NCBI GenBank assembly: GCA_018242585.1
Contig: JAFEBQ010000004.1
Coordinates: forward strand, 35,558-99,557
Length of the DNA: 64,000 bases
Direction: 5' to 3'
Source of the DNA: Planctomycetota bacterium
GTDB taxonomy: Bacteria; Planctomycetota; Planctomycetia; Pirellulales; PNKZ01
Part shown: piece after piece, positions 25,401 to 40,400 of the stretch
Layout of the letters: every line of letters starts with the position of its first letter
Numbering within the stretch: position 1 is the stretch's first letter
The notes under the pieces: generated by a model
What the model was told of the DNA's origin: nothing
What the model saw: the letters and a program-made list of their open reading frames with translations, nothing else
Database searches by the model: none
Position numbers and translations under genes: made by a program

Positions 25401-28400
25401 CAGCGCCGCGCCGCCGGTGACCAATGGCATGGTCGCGCCGTGGATGTTTGACCAGACGAACCTGACGTTCATGAATTACGGCGCGACCGGCTTCATCGAC
25501 GCCCCCTGGACATCAACCCTGTCAACGGGCACGATCGGCGCGAATCCCACCGGGCTGGTCGTGGTCACCGCCAACATCAACACCGCCGCCGGCGCGTCGG
25601 CCTGGGCGTTCCGCACGGCCAACAACATCGGCGGTACGACCCTGACCATCGGCTCGGGTGGTTTGATTCAGACCGGCGGCACGATCTCGGCCCCGATCGT
25701 GTTCGGCTCGGTGGGGACGCCCGTCGAGGCGGTGCTTATCAACACAGGCAACGCGACCATCTCGGGGGCCATCACGGCCAACGGACTGACACGCACGGGC
25801 TCCACCGGTACCACGTTGACGATCAGCGGAGCCAACACCAACCTGACCGGCACCATCACCGTCAACGCCGGCACGTTGTCGGGCAGTCAGACCGGCTTGA
25901 ACTACCGGCCCATCTTGCTGAACGGCGGCACGATCGACTTTAACAATGGCACGGTCTTTTATCAGAACAACATCACGGTCAACGGCGACGCGCAGATGAG
26001 CGACTCGAACGGCGGTCAGCCGCGGTTGGGCACGTTGCAAGTAAACGCCCGGCCAAACGATCCGACCGACCCGATCGTGTTGTCGATGGTGAACCAGAAC
26101 TTCGACATCGGCACGACCACGCTCGGCGGCAACACGATCTTCAACGTCACCTCGGGCACCACCCGGATCGACGGGCCGTTGGTGGGCGAGGGCGTCTCGT
26201 TCACCAAGTACGGCGGCTCTTTCCTGTTCATCGACAGCACGACCAGCAGCTTCACCGGCTCGGTCACCGTTAACCAAGGGTTGTTGCTGCTGGCCACGGG
26301 GAACAATGCCGGAGACACACCGCTGGGTACGGCGGGTAGCACGGGGAACCCGATCGTCGTCAACCCGGGGGGCAACCTGGGGATCACCAATACGACCGTC
26401 TCCGGCGTGACGAACGTAACCTTGACCAGCGACACAGGCGGCCTGGCAGGCATCGGTCTGGCCTACTCGGGTAACGCGGGCTTGCCGTTGGCAAGCTCGC
26501 TGTCGTTGACGATCAACTCGGCCAATTACTCGGCGCCGTTTGGTGGCGTGGTGAGCATCAATGCCACCGGCTTCAGCGCGCCAATTGACTTTGGCAACAT
26601 CTTTGGCCAGTCCAATTGGTTCCTCGGCTCGAACTTTGGCGGCAGCTTCACCGGCACGCTCACTCCGGACACCAACGGGGTCTATCGCCTGGGGGGCGGC
26701 GGCAGCACGCTCACCCTGGTGGGCGGCAACAACCAAATCAACAACAGCACCTTCACCGGTGGCGTCACGGTGCAGTTCGGCGCCATCAGCAACTATTACC
26801 AGGCCAGCAGCGTCGCGCTGTTTAATGGCAGCGGCAACGTGCAAATCGCGGTGGCGAACAACTACAGCGGTTCGTCGATCATCAACGCGGGCGAGACCGT
26901 CTTCGCGGCCAACAACAACGCGCTTGGCACGAGCACCATCTTCTTTAACGGCGGTGGGCTGGCGGCCGATTCGTCCTCGGGGCTCCCCACGCTCAGCGCG
27001 CTGCGGACCATCACGAACACCATCGGGTTCTACGGCGACGCGGTGTTCACCAACACGCCCAGCTTGGTGATTGCCGGACAGGTGAACCTGGGCGACGGCA
27101 TCACGGGGGCGAACCGGACCTTGACCATCAACAATGCCGCCACTTCGAGCACGTCGGACGGCATGGTAATCATTACCGGCACGATCTCCGATGGCATCAA
27201 CGGCGCGGCCAACAACAGCCTGACCAAAGGTGGCGCCGGCGTGCTGGCCCTGACCAATACGAACAACAGTTGGACGGGTGCCACCAACATCAACCTCGGC
27301 GAAATCCTGGTCACCAACGACTCGCAAATCTCGTCGCAGTCGTTGATCACGATGAACGGCGGCGGTCTGGCGGCCTGGACAACCTCGTTCACCACCGACC
27401 GGCCTTATGTCCTGTACGGCCTCGGCCTGTTCGACGTGGGGGCGGGTGTCACCCTGACCCAGGCGCTCGACGTGGCCGGCAACAGCAACCTGAGCGGCGC
27501 CGGTGCGCTGAACAAGCTGGGCCTCGGCACGTTGCTGCTCAATGGCGTCAACTCGTACACCGGCATTACCACGATCAGCAACGGCATTCTGGCCGTCAGC
27601 GCCGACGTGAACCTGGGTGACGTGCCGACCAAGCAGTCGGTCACCATTCAGGGTGGCGTGTTGCAGGTGCTCAACACCACCGCGAATTTAGGCTCGTTCA
27701 CCACCTCGCGCAATATCGCCGTCACCACGTCGGGCGGAATCGATATCGCGGCCGGCGCGACCGCAACCGTTGCCGGCGTGGTAAGCGGCACGGGCTTGTT
27801 GACCAAGCTTGGCGGCGGCACGTTGTTCGTCGCGGGCAACAACACCAACACCGCGGTGGCGATCCAAAACGGCGTCCTGCAAGCCAGCGGCAGCCTGCCC
27901 TTCGCGGCCACGGCCACGCTCAGCTTCAACGGCGGCACCCTGTCGCTGAAGAACCTTGCCGCCAATCAAACCGTCACGACTTCGGGAGCTTCGACGTACG
28001 GCGGCGGCGGGCACTTGGAAATCATCGCGGGTGCCACCACGACGAGCACGTTTACCATGTCGGGCGCGCTGACTCGATCGGGCTTCGGCACGTTGATCCT
28101 CAACCCGGGGAGCACCAACACCCTGGGCGTGACGACGGCCGGCGGCGTGCGCTGGTTGCAGACGGGCAACATCAACGGCGTGGCCGCGGCGTCGGCCAAT
28201 GTGAGCGGCGTCGGCATCTTGCCCGCCAGCATCATCGTCGAGACCAATGGCATTGGAAACTTCGCGGTCTCCAGCGGCGGCACGGTGGGCGTCAGGTCGT
28301 ACTCGGGCGCCGTGGTGACCGATCTGGTGAGCACGCCGCTCCAGCCAACGGCCATCGCCTCGATCAGCGCGACCCAGAACCTGACCGGCACCAGCAGCAT

Positions 28401-31400
28401 TTACGCTCTGGCCACGTCGGCCGATATCACCGGCGGCACGCTGCTGGTCGAAAGTTTGTCCAACACCAATCAAGGTGGCATCCTCGTCAATGGCAACGTG
28501 ACCATCGGCGCGAACTTGATCGCTGACGCCACCTATGCCACCGGAACCACCACATCGGGCGAAGTCCTGCTGTACGTCGCGCCGGGCTTTACGGCCTCGG
28601 TCACCGGCAACGTGGTCGCCAACAGCTTCACCAAATTCGGCACGGGCACGCTCAACTTGAGCAGCGCTGATTTTTCCGTGCTGGGCGCCGTGACGGTCCA
28701 AGAGGGAACGCTGCGCATCGGAGCGGGCGCTGGCAATTTGTTCTCTCCCGGACAGACGCAGTTGTTCTTGAACAACCAGGGCACGTTGGATTTGAATGGC
28801 CAATCGCTGATGGTTGCCGGCCTGGGTAACACGGCGGCCGTCACCGGTGGCATCGCCGGCGGCATCGTCGGTAACAGCAGCAACACCAACGCCACGCTCC
28901 GCGTCAACAGCCCCAACGGCGCCGTCACCACCTTTGGCGGCGTGATTCAGGACAACCTGGGGTCGGGCACCGGCAAGGTCACGCTCAACAAGAACGGCCA
29001 GGGGACGTTGGTGCTGTCGAACTTCTCGACCAGCAACGACCAAGCCAGCCAGAACAGCTTTACCGGCGGCGTGAACCTGACGGCCGGCACGTTGACGATT
29101 CAAGACCCGCAGGCCCTCGGCGGCGCCAATGGCACGACGCCTGGCGCGGTCAACCTGTATGGCGGCACGCTGAACCTGAACAGCAACGGCGGCGGCTTCA
29201 ACAGCGCGATCATCCTGGGCAATCCGACGACCACGGGGCTGACGCTGAATCTGCTCGGCTCGGCGGCGATCAACGTCGATCGCACCACGGCCTCGACCAG
29301 CTACACGGGAAACTACTTCCAAATCGGCACGCTGAACCTGGGTGAGAACACCCTGTCGGTGACCGGCGCCGACAGTTATGGCCTGCAAGTGCAGGACGCC
29401 GTGAACATTCTGGGCAACTACGCCGTGATCGCGCCAGGGACCGGATATCCCAGCGGCACCCTCAGCCTGGCAGGCGTCATCAGCGGCGGCGCGCTCGACA
29501 TCAAAGCCCTCGGCAACTACACCTTCACGACGGTCATCGCCGGCAATAGCAACACCTACACCGGCGGCACCAACATCCTGACCGGCGCGCTGCAGATCGT
29601 CCCGACCAGCGGCACGCCGCTGGGCAGCGGGCGCGTCGAGGTGTTTCCGGGGGCGGTGTTGCGGTTGTCGAGCACCTTTGGCAACGACGGCACGATTGGC
29701 GGCGCGGCGCTGCAAGTGCTGAGCACCAAGAGCACGATGGGGGTGGTGGCCCTCGACACGAGCATTGATCCCTCGACGCTCCTGACATCCAGCAATTTCA
29801 ATAGCGCTTATAGTGTTTTGCTGGGCATCTCGACGCCGTACTTTTCCCAACCGCTCGACATGTCGACCATCGGCAATGGCCGCGCGTTCCTGGGCGGAGC
29901 GCTGAACCAGGAAGTCGACTACACCGCCGCGACGCTCGGCGCGGGCGCCGCCGAGCCGATCATCACGACGCTGACCGGCGTCAGCACCCCGGTTTATCGA
30001 CTGGGGGGCGGCGTCAACAGCCTGGCCCTGGTCGGGCCCGACAACCTGCTGACCGACAAGGGGGGCGTGCCGACCTTCGTTCAGTTTGGCAACCCGAACA
30101 GCAATGTCGCCTCGGTCACGCTGGGTGGTGGCACGATCTACATTCGTGAATCAAACAACTACACCGGCGGCACCCAGATCGCCAAGTCAACCACCGTCGA
30201 AATCGACGTCGGTTCCGGCCCGGCCGGACAGACGCCGCTGGGAACTGGCACCGTTGAGGTGTATGGCACGCTGCAAGCGGGCCTGCCGGGGGGCTATAAC
30301 GGCGTGGCTTCGTTCTTCAATGCCGCCACGGGCACCAACTCGGTCAACATCCAGATGCGGCCGGGCGGTTCGTTGCTGATCTTCGACGCGCCGGGGAACG
30401 TGCCCGGGGGCCAGGGCCGCTGGGGCGACAATGTTCCGCTTGACTTGAACGGCGGCACCTTCCGTTTCTTGGGCGCTTCGTCGTACGACTCGTCCGAGAC
30501 GATCGGCGTGATCACCGTTAACAAAGGCTCGACCTTGTTCGTCAACCGCGGCGCGGCCGGCAACGCGGCTTTGACGATCGGCGGCACCAATGCCACGACG
30601 GCCGGCCTGGTGCGCGGGACCGGTGGCACCTTGCAGATTCAGGTGTCGACCAGCTCGTTCCATGCCTTGGGCCAGGCCGACGGTGTCGGCACTTTGTCTG
30701 GTCAATCGGATCGCTTGATCGTCAACGGTGGCATCAGCGGGATTGGTGGATTGAGCGGCGTGACCAACACCGGCAGCGGCGTGATCGCCGGCGGCGTCGG
30801 TATGGCCGCGCCGTGGATCGTCGACCTGACCAACCTGACGTACGTCACCTATGACCCGTCGGGCCTGGGGACCGGCTTCCAGGATGTGTTGCCCAATAAC
30901 GCCTCACCGGCGGCAGGCCAAGTCGGCTATAGCCAGATTGTCAATGGCGCGGTCTTTGGCGCCGGCGCGAGCCCGGGCCAGGACACGATCGATGTCGAAG
31001 TCGCCGCCACGACCTTGTCGTCGAACATCGACGCCTGGGCCATGCGCATCGGCGCCCAGACCACCATCAACCCCAACGGTGCGTTCAATCAAATCACGCT
31101 TGAGAGCGGTGGTTTGTTGGTGGCCGCGGCCTCCACGCTGGGGGCCGCGACGACATCGACCGGTATGTTGGGTTTGCCGGCGCCGATGACTCTCTACTTT
31201 GGCAACAGCAGCACGAGCACCCCGACCGAAGCCATCATCTACAACAGCACGACCGTGACGATCAACGCCCAGATCGTCGCCAACGGCCTGACCAAGTTTG
31301 GCGCAGGCCAACTCGATATCTTCTCGAGCAACCCGTCGTTGTCCGGGACGATCACGATCAATCAGGGCAACCTCATGGTGTTGAACTCGATTAGCGGTAT

Positions 31401-34400
31401 CGGCACCACCGTGGCCGGCGCGCTCAACGGCCAGAATGTGGTGCTCAATGGCGGCGGCTTGGTGATCGATGCCTTTGTCGGCAACGCCTCGACCGCCACC
31501 CAGGCGTCGAATATCCGCGCGACAAGCTACCTGGGGAGCAATGTCACCGTCAACGGCGACGCCGCGATCACCAACAATGGCCAGTCGACGCTGCAGCGAA
31601 TCAACGCCCTGACACTGGCCGATCTTGGCCCGCACAGCCCGATCAATCTGACGATTCAGGGCATCGCCGTCATGGGCCCGGTGACCTTGGGGGCCAATAA
31701 CAACAACATCATCGCGTCGTTCGCCGGCATGGCGAATGAAATCTTCTATGGCCAGGTCAGCGGCGGCATGCTCAGCAAGTGGGGCAATGGCACCCTGACC
31801 TTGGTGAACCCCACCAACAACTACTCGGGGGGCACGATCGTCAACGGCGACGCGCAAGGCACGGCGACCAGCGTGCTGGCCAGCATGACCAAGACCGGGA
31901 CGCCGTTCGGCACCGGGCCGATCTCCGTCAACCCGGGCGGCATGTTGCGGATCATGGACCCCAGCAACATCGCCAACCAGACCGTCACGTTGAACAGCGA
32001 CGGCATCGGGCTGGCCGGCCTGGCGCTGGCCTATAACGGTCCCGCGCCGACGATCACCACGTCGGGCACGGCCCAGAACGGCCAGGTGCTGGTCCAGTCG
32101 AGCGGCGACTTTGGCGGCGTGCTGGCCTTGGACATCAACTTCTACACCCAAGCGATCAACCAGGCCACGTTGGGCAACGGCAAGATGTTCCTGGGAACGT
32201 CGACCAGCAACACATACTTCAACGCCACGCTCACTCCCGGCGCGCCGGACAGCGGAACCACGCCGGTCTATCGTCTGGCCAGCGGCGGCAATCAGGGTAC
32301 CCTCAGCCTGGGTGGCGGCTTCTTCGAGAACGTCTTGACCGCGGCCAGCAGCCCGACCGGCACGGTCAGCGTGCAGATCGGCGCCGCCACCGGCGCCGAT
32401 CCGACCAGCACCCTGGCCACCTACGTGAACGGCAACGGCTCGTTGGCCTTGAACAATCGGAACAACCTGACGGCCGGCAGCATCGTGCAAATCAACGGCG
32501 GCGCGGTGCCGGTCATCAGTCAGAACAACACCAACGGCGCGAACCTGAACCTGGGCAACAACCTGGCCCTGGGCCAGGCGACGCTGGTCTTCAACGGCGG
32601 CAACCTGACCGACTCGACGTCGATTGTCTTGCCGGCGGTCAACAACCTCGTCCTGCTGGCCGACACCATGACCGCCAGCAACGGCTCGGAGATCGACATC
32701 CTGGGGAACGTGAACATGTCGCCGTCGGGCGTCGGCGCCACGCGAACCTGGAACATGACCAGCTCGACCTTGGCCATCGACGGCGTCGTCAGCGGCGTCG
32801 CCGGCTCGGACCTGATCAAGACCGGCAACGGCTTGTTGCTGTTGGGTGGGCAGAACACGTACCTCGGCACCACGACGATCAACGCGGGCACGGTGCTGGT
32901 CAGTACGAACGTGCTTGCCAACCAGAACGGCGCGCTGGGGAACAGCGACACGCCGGTCATCCTGGGCAATGCCGGCACCAACACCGCCGGCAGCATGGGC
33001 TTGGCCGGGCAGGTCACGTTTGGCCGCGACATCCAGACCACGCCCAACGGCACCGCGTCCAACAATCTGTATGGCCAGGCGCTCGCCTATGCGAACATCA
33101 CCGGCGGCATCAACTTGACGGGCACGATGAGCGTGCTGCAATTCAGCTCGACGACCAACACCGGCGGGATTCTTGATCTGCAAGGGGCGATCAGCGGCAC
33201 GGGGGCCCTGAGCCTGGGCGCCCAGGTGAGCACCCAATCGGGCACGGTGCGCATCTCGGGTAGCACCAACGGGCTAAGCGGCAACAACTTTACCGGCGGC
33301 GTAACGCTGGCGGGCGGGCGGCTGCAGATCGGCGCCGACACTTATTACACCGGTTCCACCAATTCGGGCACGATCCTGAGCGGCCCGTTGGGAACCGGCA
33401 CATTGACGCTCAGCGGGACCGGCGTCGTGCTCGAAGCGTACGGCGCGGCGCGGCTGATCATGAACCCGCTCGGCGCGCTGTCTTCGACCAGCGCCACCAC
33501 GGTCGCTTTTGGCGGACACAACAGCTTGACCTTTGCCAACTCCACGGCCTTCAACATCAACAGCTCGGCGTCCAGTCTAGCGCGCACGTTCAACGTGCAG
33601 ACCACGCAAGGCGTCGTCACCATCATGGCGCCGCTTACCCAGACCGGCACCACGTCGCTGACCAAGACGGGGGCCGGCACGTTGGTGCTGTCCGGCGCGA
33701 ATGCCTTCTCGGGCGGAATCACCATCTCGCAAGGCACGTTGGAAGTCTTTGCCGACAACAACCTGGGCGCGGTCACCTCGACGTCGAACAACATGACGCT
33801 CGGTTCCGCCAATAACTATGCCCAATTGATGCTGGGCGGCGGCTCGTCGCTCGTCTGGAACTCGGGCCTTGGCAATAGCAACCGCGTCTTGACGTTGGCT
33901 GGGCCGTCGTCGTTGAACTTGCTGGCCGGCAGCAGCTTGAACATCAACACCAAGGTCACGGCCGCGGCGGCGAACCCGCTCAGCGTGATCGGCCCGGGCA
34001 CGTTGTCCTTGAACAACACCACGAACGCCATCGTCAACCTGATCGTCGGTGGCGACCCGTCCGGGGGCGGCATTGTCCAGACGACGGCCACCTTGGGCAC
34101 TCCGTTTACCACGGGCGCGGGCAACAACGTGACGCTCTACTCGGGCGAGTTGTTCGTCAACAATTCCGCCGGAGCGGCGGCTCAGTCGATTACCATCGGC
34201 GCGCTGAACTACGCCGGCGGCGGTTATGTGGCAATGGCCATGGGGTCTGTCGCCACCACCACTTCGACGTTGATCGCGACGGCGCTGACGCGCCAAGCGC
34301 AAGGCACGATCATCATCTCGCCGTCGGCGCTGGCGAATCTGGGACTCACGGAAAAGTTCGCCACCGGCACGGCACAGTCGGTTACCAACGGCATGCTGAC

Positions 34401-37400
34401 CTTGCCATCGATCGTCGTGCAAGACGTGACCGCCAGCCCCGTGACGGCCGGCGGCATTGTCTACGGCGACCTGAACTTCGCCGCCTACAACGCCAGTTCA
34501 GGCAGCTTTGTCGTCAACACGACGAGCACGACGAGCTCGCTCGACGCGAGCAACGCGACCAGCCTGGCGGCCCTGATCGCCAGCACCACCGTCGGCACCG
34601 CGGCGGGCCAGACGATTGACATCTATGCCGTGCAGACCAGCGCGAACATCAGCCCGTTCGATCCGACCAACGTGCTGCGCATCAACAACGGCGGTTTGAT
34701 TCTGAACGGCACGACGAGCGCGCCCTTGGTGAGCGCGAACCTGTTCTTTGGCACCTCGTCCAGCGCCACCGAGGCGCTGGTCTACGTGCGCGGCGGCCAG
34801 ACCGGCTTCTCGACCATCTCGGGCAATATCACCGCGACCAACTTCACCAAGGCGGGGGCCGGCAGCCTGGTGCTGAGTGGCACGAGCAACTTGCTCACCT
34901 CGTCCACCACGACCAGCGTCGCCACCGTGGCCATCGACCAGGGCGTATTGCAGTTCGCCGGCCAGAGCGCCGTGTTCAGCAGCACGTTCTCCTCGGGCGC
35001 GAGCGCGTCGGGGCTGGTCAATATCGCGCCGGTTGACCAGGGGACGTTGGACCTGAACGGTCAGAACCTGACGTTTGCCGGCCTGGGCTTCGCCAACTCG
35101 TCGACCTCGACGGGCATCGTCACCAACTCGGCCGGCACGACCGCCTCGCTGACCCTGAACGGGTACAACCAGACGACCACGTTCAACGGCGCGCTGAGCG
35201 GCAACCTGAACCTGAACAAGACCGGCAGCGGCACGCTGGTCCTGGGCAATAACAGCAGTTACAGCGGCACCACGACGATCTATGCCGGACAGATTTTCAG
35301 CGCCAGCAGCAGCTACTCGGCGAACGGCGCCGTGCAGATTCAAGGCGTCACCAGTCTGGGCACGGGCCCCATCGTGCTCGCCGGCGGCGCCTTGACGATT
35401 AGCGCCGTCCTCGGCGCCACGGCCATCGCGGGCAACGAGGTGGAGGACAACATCAGCGTGCTTCAAATCGGGCCCAACAACGGTTACGACGTCACCGTGG
35501 CCGCGTTGAACAACTACGGCGCGCCAAACACCACCAGCAATATCTCCGCCACGGGCGCCGCCGCCTGGCAGGTCATCAACTCGCTGAACGTGTTGGCGCC
35601 GGTGGTGTCCTTTGGCGGCAGCGGCTCGAATATCTTGGTCCGCGGCGGCGCCACCTTCAGCGGCACCGTGGCCGGCATGAATGTGGTGATGACCGACGGG
35701 GCGGGCGGCACGGTGACAAGCAATAGCGCGGTCATCAACGTCGTCAACCAGGTGGTCTTGGGTGGCCCGGTGTCCGCCCCTGGCAGCGTGATTACCAAGA
35801 TCGGTGGGAGCACGTTGTTCTTGACCAATACGGGTGACCAGGGCAACGCGGCCAATAACGTCGGTGCCTGGCAGGTGGAGGTCGGCACGATCGAAACACG
35901 CGTCACGGGGGGGGGCGTCAGCCCGCTCGGCCCCAACGCGACCTTGATTCTCAACGGCGCGTCGTGGAACCTGCGCGACGATGGCGACAACACCAACAAT
36001 TCACAACTGTTGACCGAGTTCCAGAACAACACGATCCAGATCGGCTCGCTCGGCTCGATCACCAGCATGAACTATCAGTCGAGCGCCAATGCGACGATCG
36101 ACTCGCGCACGCTTTCGCTCGGCAATAACAAGACGGTCCTCATCAACAACCTCGTCTTTGGCGGGCCTTTGGGAACCGCTTTCCTGTCCCCCACCGGCGC
36201 GAACAACTACTCGTACCAGATCAACAACCTTTCGCTGCAGGGGCGTGACGCGGCCTTGAGCATGGGCCTCAGCATGACCGTCAACAACCTGAGTGGAAAC
36301 GGCACCCTGTTCCGCCAAGGCGGAGCCACGTTGTACATCAATGGGAACAACAGCACGACCGGCAACACGGGCGGCACGGTCATGGCGGGGGGCACCTTGG
36401 CGTTTGGCTCGCTGATGGGCACCAACCTGATCCAACTTAACAACAGCGCGACCCTCGGCCCCGGCAACATCACGATTCAGCCCGGCGCGATCGTCCGCTT
36501 CAACAGCCCCACGAACCTGGCCAACGCCGGGCAGTTGGTCGATGTCCGCAGCAACCTCTCGAACCTGGGCATCCTGGGCATCGGCGACAACTCGCCCATC
36601 GCCAGCTACAACCTCCGCACGCCCATGGCCGCCGGCGCCTATAACAGCAGCATGGTGCTGTCGCTGGGAACCGGCGGCGGCATTTTGGCGATCAACACCC
36701 AGAACTACTCCCAGGCCATCGACCTGTCGCGCATTGGCGACGGCAGTTGGTACTTGGGTTCGACCAGCAACGGCGTCGGTCTGAACGGCAGCTACGACGC
36801 CACTTCGTTGGGCGTCGGCGCCGCCTACAACTTTGGCACCAGCAGCAGCCCGATCAACCAGGCGGCTTATCGCCTGGGTGGCGGCGGCGCGTCGCTGTTG
36901 ATCAACAACTCGGTGCTGGTCGGCAACGCCGGCGTGGTGGTCGGCTTGCCGCGCACCAATGCGGCCAACGCCGTCGGCAATGGCACCGGCACGGTGATTC
37001 TCGGCAGCGCGCAAAGCTACACGGGGCCAACCGAAGTTTACAGCGGCAGCACGCTCGAGTTCCGCGGCCAACTGAGCACCAGCCAGATCGAGACGTTCGG
37101 CCTGGTCACGGCCGGCGGCGCGGGGGGAACTTTCGTCAATTCGACCGGCACCGGCAACATCGCGGTCCTGGCCCGCCCGGGAAGTGAAATCCGCCTCGAC
37201 AACCAATTCGACCTGTTGCCCAACTCGGCCACGAACGGCCGCTGGTTCGACACCGCGCCGGTCAACTTGGACAGCACCATCCTCCGCTTGATCGGCAATT
37301 TCACCACGGACATCCGGGAAACCGTCGGCCAGGTCACCGTCACCGGCGGCTCGTTGATCATCGCCAATCGCAGCTTCAACGGCCGCGCCACCGAACTGGA

Positions 37401-40400
37401 CATCGCGGGCGTCACGCGGTCGACGAATGTCGCGGTCACCGGTTCGAGCGGCGTGTACACGATCGCCGGCAACAACGCCATGTTGTCGATCGAAGGGGCG
37501 GCGAACACACTGGGCGCCGACGAGCGCGTGATCATCACCACTCCGGCCAACGTGCCCACCGTGACCAATGGCATGGTCGCGCCGTGGATGGTCGACCGCA
37601 ACAATAGCCAGTTCCTCACCTACAGCACCACGGACCTGGGCTTTATCGACGCCGGCTTCACGTTGTCGATGAGCGGCGGGCTGGCCGGCGGGATCACCGG
37701 CGGCACCGATCGGGCCTATTTCACGGCCTCCACGACGTTCTCGGGCGGGAGCACGATCGATGTCTACGCGGCGCGCGTCGACGCCTCGCTCAGCCTGTCG
37801 TCCTCGTTCAACGGCGAACAATTGATCCTGGAAAGCGGTGGCTTGCTGGTCGGCGGCGCCGCGGCTCCGACCATCTTGCCGCAATTGGTCTTTGGCACGC
37901 CGACCGCGTCGACCGAAGCGATGATTAGCATCGGCAACAGCGGCAGCGCCAACTTGACGCTCGGTGACATCACCAATCCAAACAGCGGCGCCGGCCAGCT
38001 CTTGGCCACCAGCATTTCCAAGTTCGGCGACGGCGTGCTGACCTTGGTGGCGAACCAGCCGAACTTCACCGGCAACATCGCCGTCGATCGCGGCACGGTG
38101 TCGCTCCAGTCGGTCGCCGGCGGCGCTTCCACCGCCGGTGGCAGCAACGTGGCCCCGTCCTTCACCGCCGGCGCCGTCGTGCTGAACGGCTTCAACACCA
38201 CGCTCAGTTTGGGCCTGGGCGGAGCCAACGGCACGGCCAGCACGTTTAGCAATTCGATCGTCCTGGGACCAAACAACCCGCTGGCCACCTTGGCCGTGCT
38301 GAGCGCCGTCGGCCAGACCACCACCACCAGCACGGCGTTTCTGACGGGTGGTTTGCTGTTCGGTGGCGCGCCGGGCGAACAAGGACAGACGCTGCAGGTC
38401 ACCAATCCATCGGGCACCACCAACTCGATCCAGATCAACGGGTTGGTCGATTTGGGCACCGGCGGCAACGTGACCGTCGCCACGACAACCACGGCCACCC
38501 TGACCTTGGCCGGACAAGTCGTCGGTAGTTCGACCCTCATCAAGAACGGCGCGGGCTTTGGCAGCACCGGTGTGCTGGCGTTGTTGAACACGGCCAACTT
38601 GAACACCTACACCGGCGGCACGGTGCTCGTGTCCGGCACGATGTTCGTGTATGGCTCGAATAGCGCCAACACGGCCACCTATTCGGCGCTGGCGACCGGC
38701 GGCCTGGGCTCGGGCGCGGTCACGCTGGACGGCGGCACGCTAAGCCTGAGGATCGCGGCTGACGCCACGACGACGTTCAAGACCATCACCTTCGCCAACG
38801 ATCTGGTCGTGAATGGAAACTCCACGATTGTCGTCGATCGCGGAGGGACCGGTATCGACACCACCAGCACCACCAAGAACCTGGCTTTCAATAGCCTGTC
38901 GATCGGCTCGCAGAACCTGACATTGCTGGGCGCTAACGCCTTCTCGTTGGGCGTGATGGGCACGACCACGTTGTCAGGCTCGCCGATTCTCACTCTGGCC
39001 AGTTCCGACCTGGTTCTCAACGGCTCGGTGACCGACAACGGCTCGAACCAGGCCTTGATCAAGAACGGCCCGAACAACTTGTGGCTTAACAACGGGACGG
39101 CGACGTTCACCGGCACCTACAGCAGCGGCACCACGATGAACGTGTCGTCGACCTTGGGCTTGTACGTTGGCCAAACGATCAGCGGTGGCACCTTGCCCGC
39201 CGGCGAGGTGATCACGGCGATTGGCACCAACACGATTACGCTGGCCATCGCCCCCTCGGGAGCGTTCTCGGGCCAGTCGATGTCGGCCACCAACGGCGCG
39301 AGCTACACCGCCTCGGGGGGCATTGATGTCAACATGGGCTTCCTCCGCTTTGGCAACAGCTCGGCCAGCGGCGGCAATCCGAATCCCTTCGCCACCGCGG
39401 GAACGGGCACGCTGACCATCAACCCCGGCGCCGGGATCATCATCGAAGGGCTTGGCAACCTGAACAGCGGCCAGGTGGTCGACGTGCGCAGCATCGCTTC
39501 GAGCTTGGCGCAGTTCGTCATTCACGGCAACTTCGACCCCACCTCGTACATCAGCAACACATCGAGCGGCGTGCTGGCCCTCTATAGCACGACCTTTACG
39601 ACGGCCACTGGCACCACGGCGTTGAATATGTCGGCCATTGGCGACGGCACGTTCTACCTGGGGGCCAGCCAGGGAGGCTCGGTCTACTCACTCAGCGGCT
39701 TGCTCCCAGGACGCAACACCGATGGGCAAAGCGACATCTATCGCCTGGGGGGTGGCGGCACGACCTTGACGCTGTCGGGCGGCATCGCGGGGCCGTTGCT
39801 GGCCGATCAGTCGGTTGGCATTCCGCCCGTCCAGGTTGTCATCGGCTCGTTGGCCACCAACGGCACCGGCACCGTCGTCTTGAACCAAACCAACGCTTAT
39901 ACCGGCGGAACGATCATTTCGCGCGGCTCGGGGGCGATCATCGTGTCGGGCGGCGCGAATGGCATGCCGTTCGGCGGCGCGGTCGCGCCGTCGTTCACGG
40001 CCACGTACGATGGCAATTTCTCCAGCTTGGTGGCGGTTTCGTCGGGCGTTGGCCTGACGCAGAACCAGGTTCTGAACGGCGCGGGCTTGGACCCGAATAC
40101 ATCGATTGTTACCTTCTCGGGCTTGAGTCTGGCGACGACCACCGCGACCGGCTCGATCAACGCCTTTAACATTACGGTCGGCTCGACCGCCGGCTTGTAT
40201 CCTGGCATGTTGCTCACCTCGGGCGCGGGCGTCCCGGCCGACACCACGATCGTCGCCATCTCGGGAACGACCGTCACGTTAAGCAATCAGTTGACCGCGG
40301 CCTTATCCTCGGCGTCGATTAGCGTCTCGCCGACGATTGTCTTAAGCACCATGCCGTCGGGCGGCGCCTTTACCGGGGCACTGACGGCGGGTGGCTATAC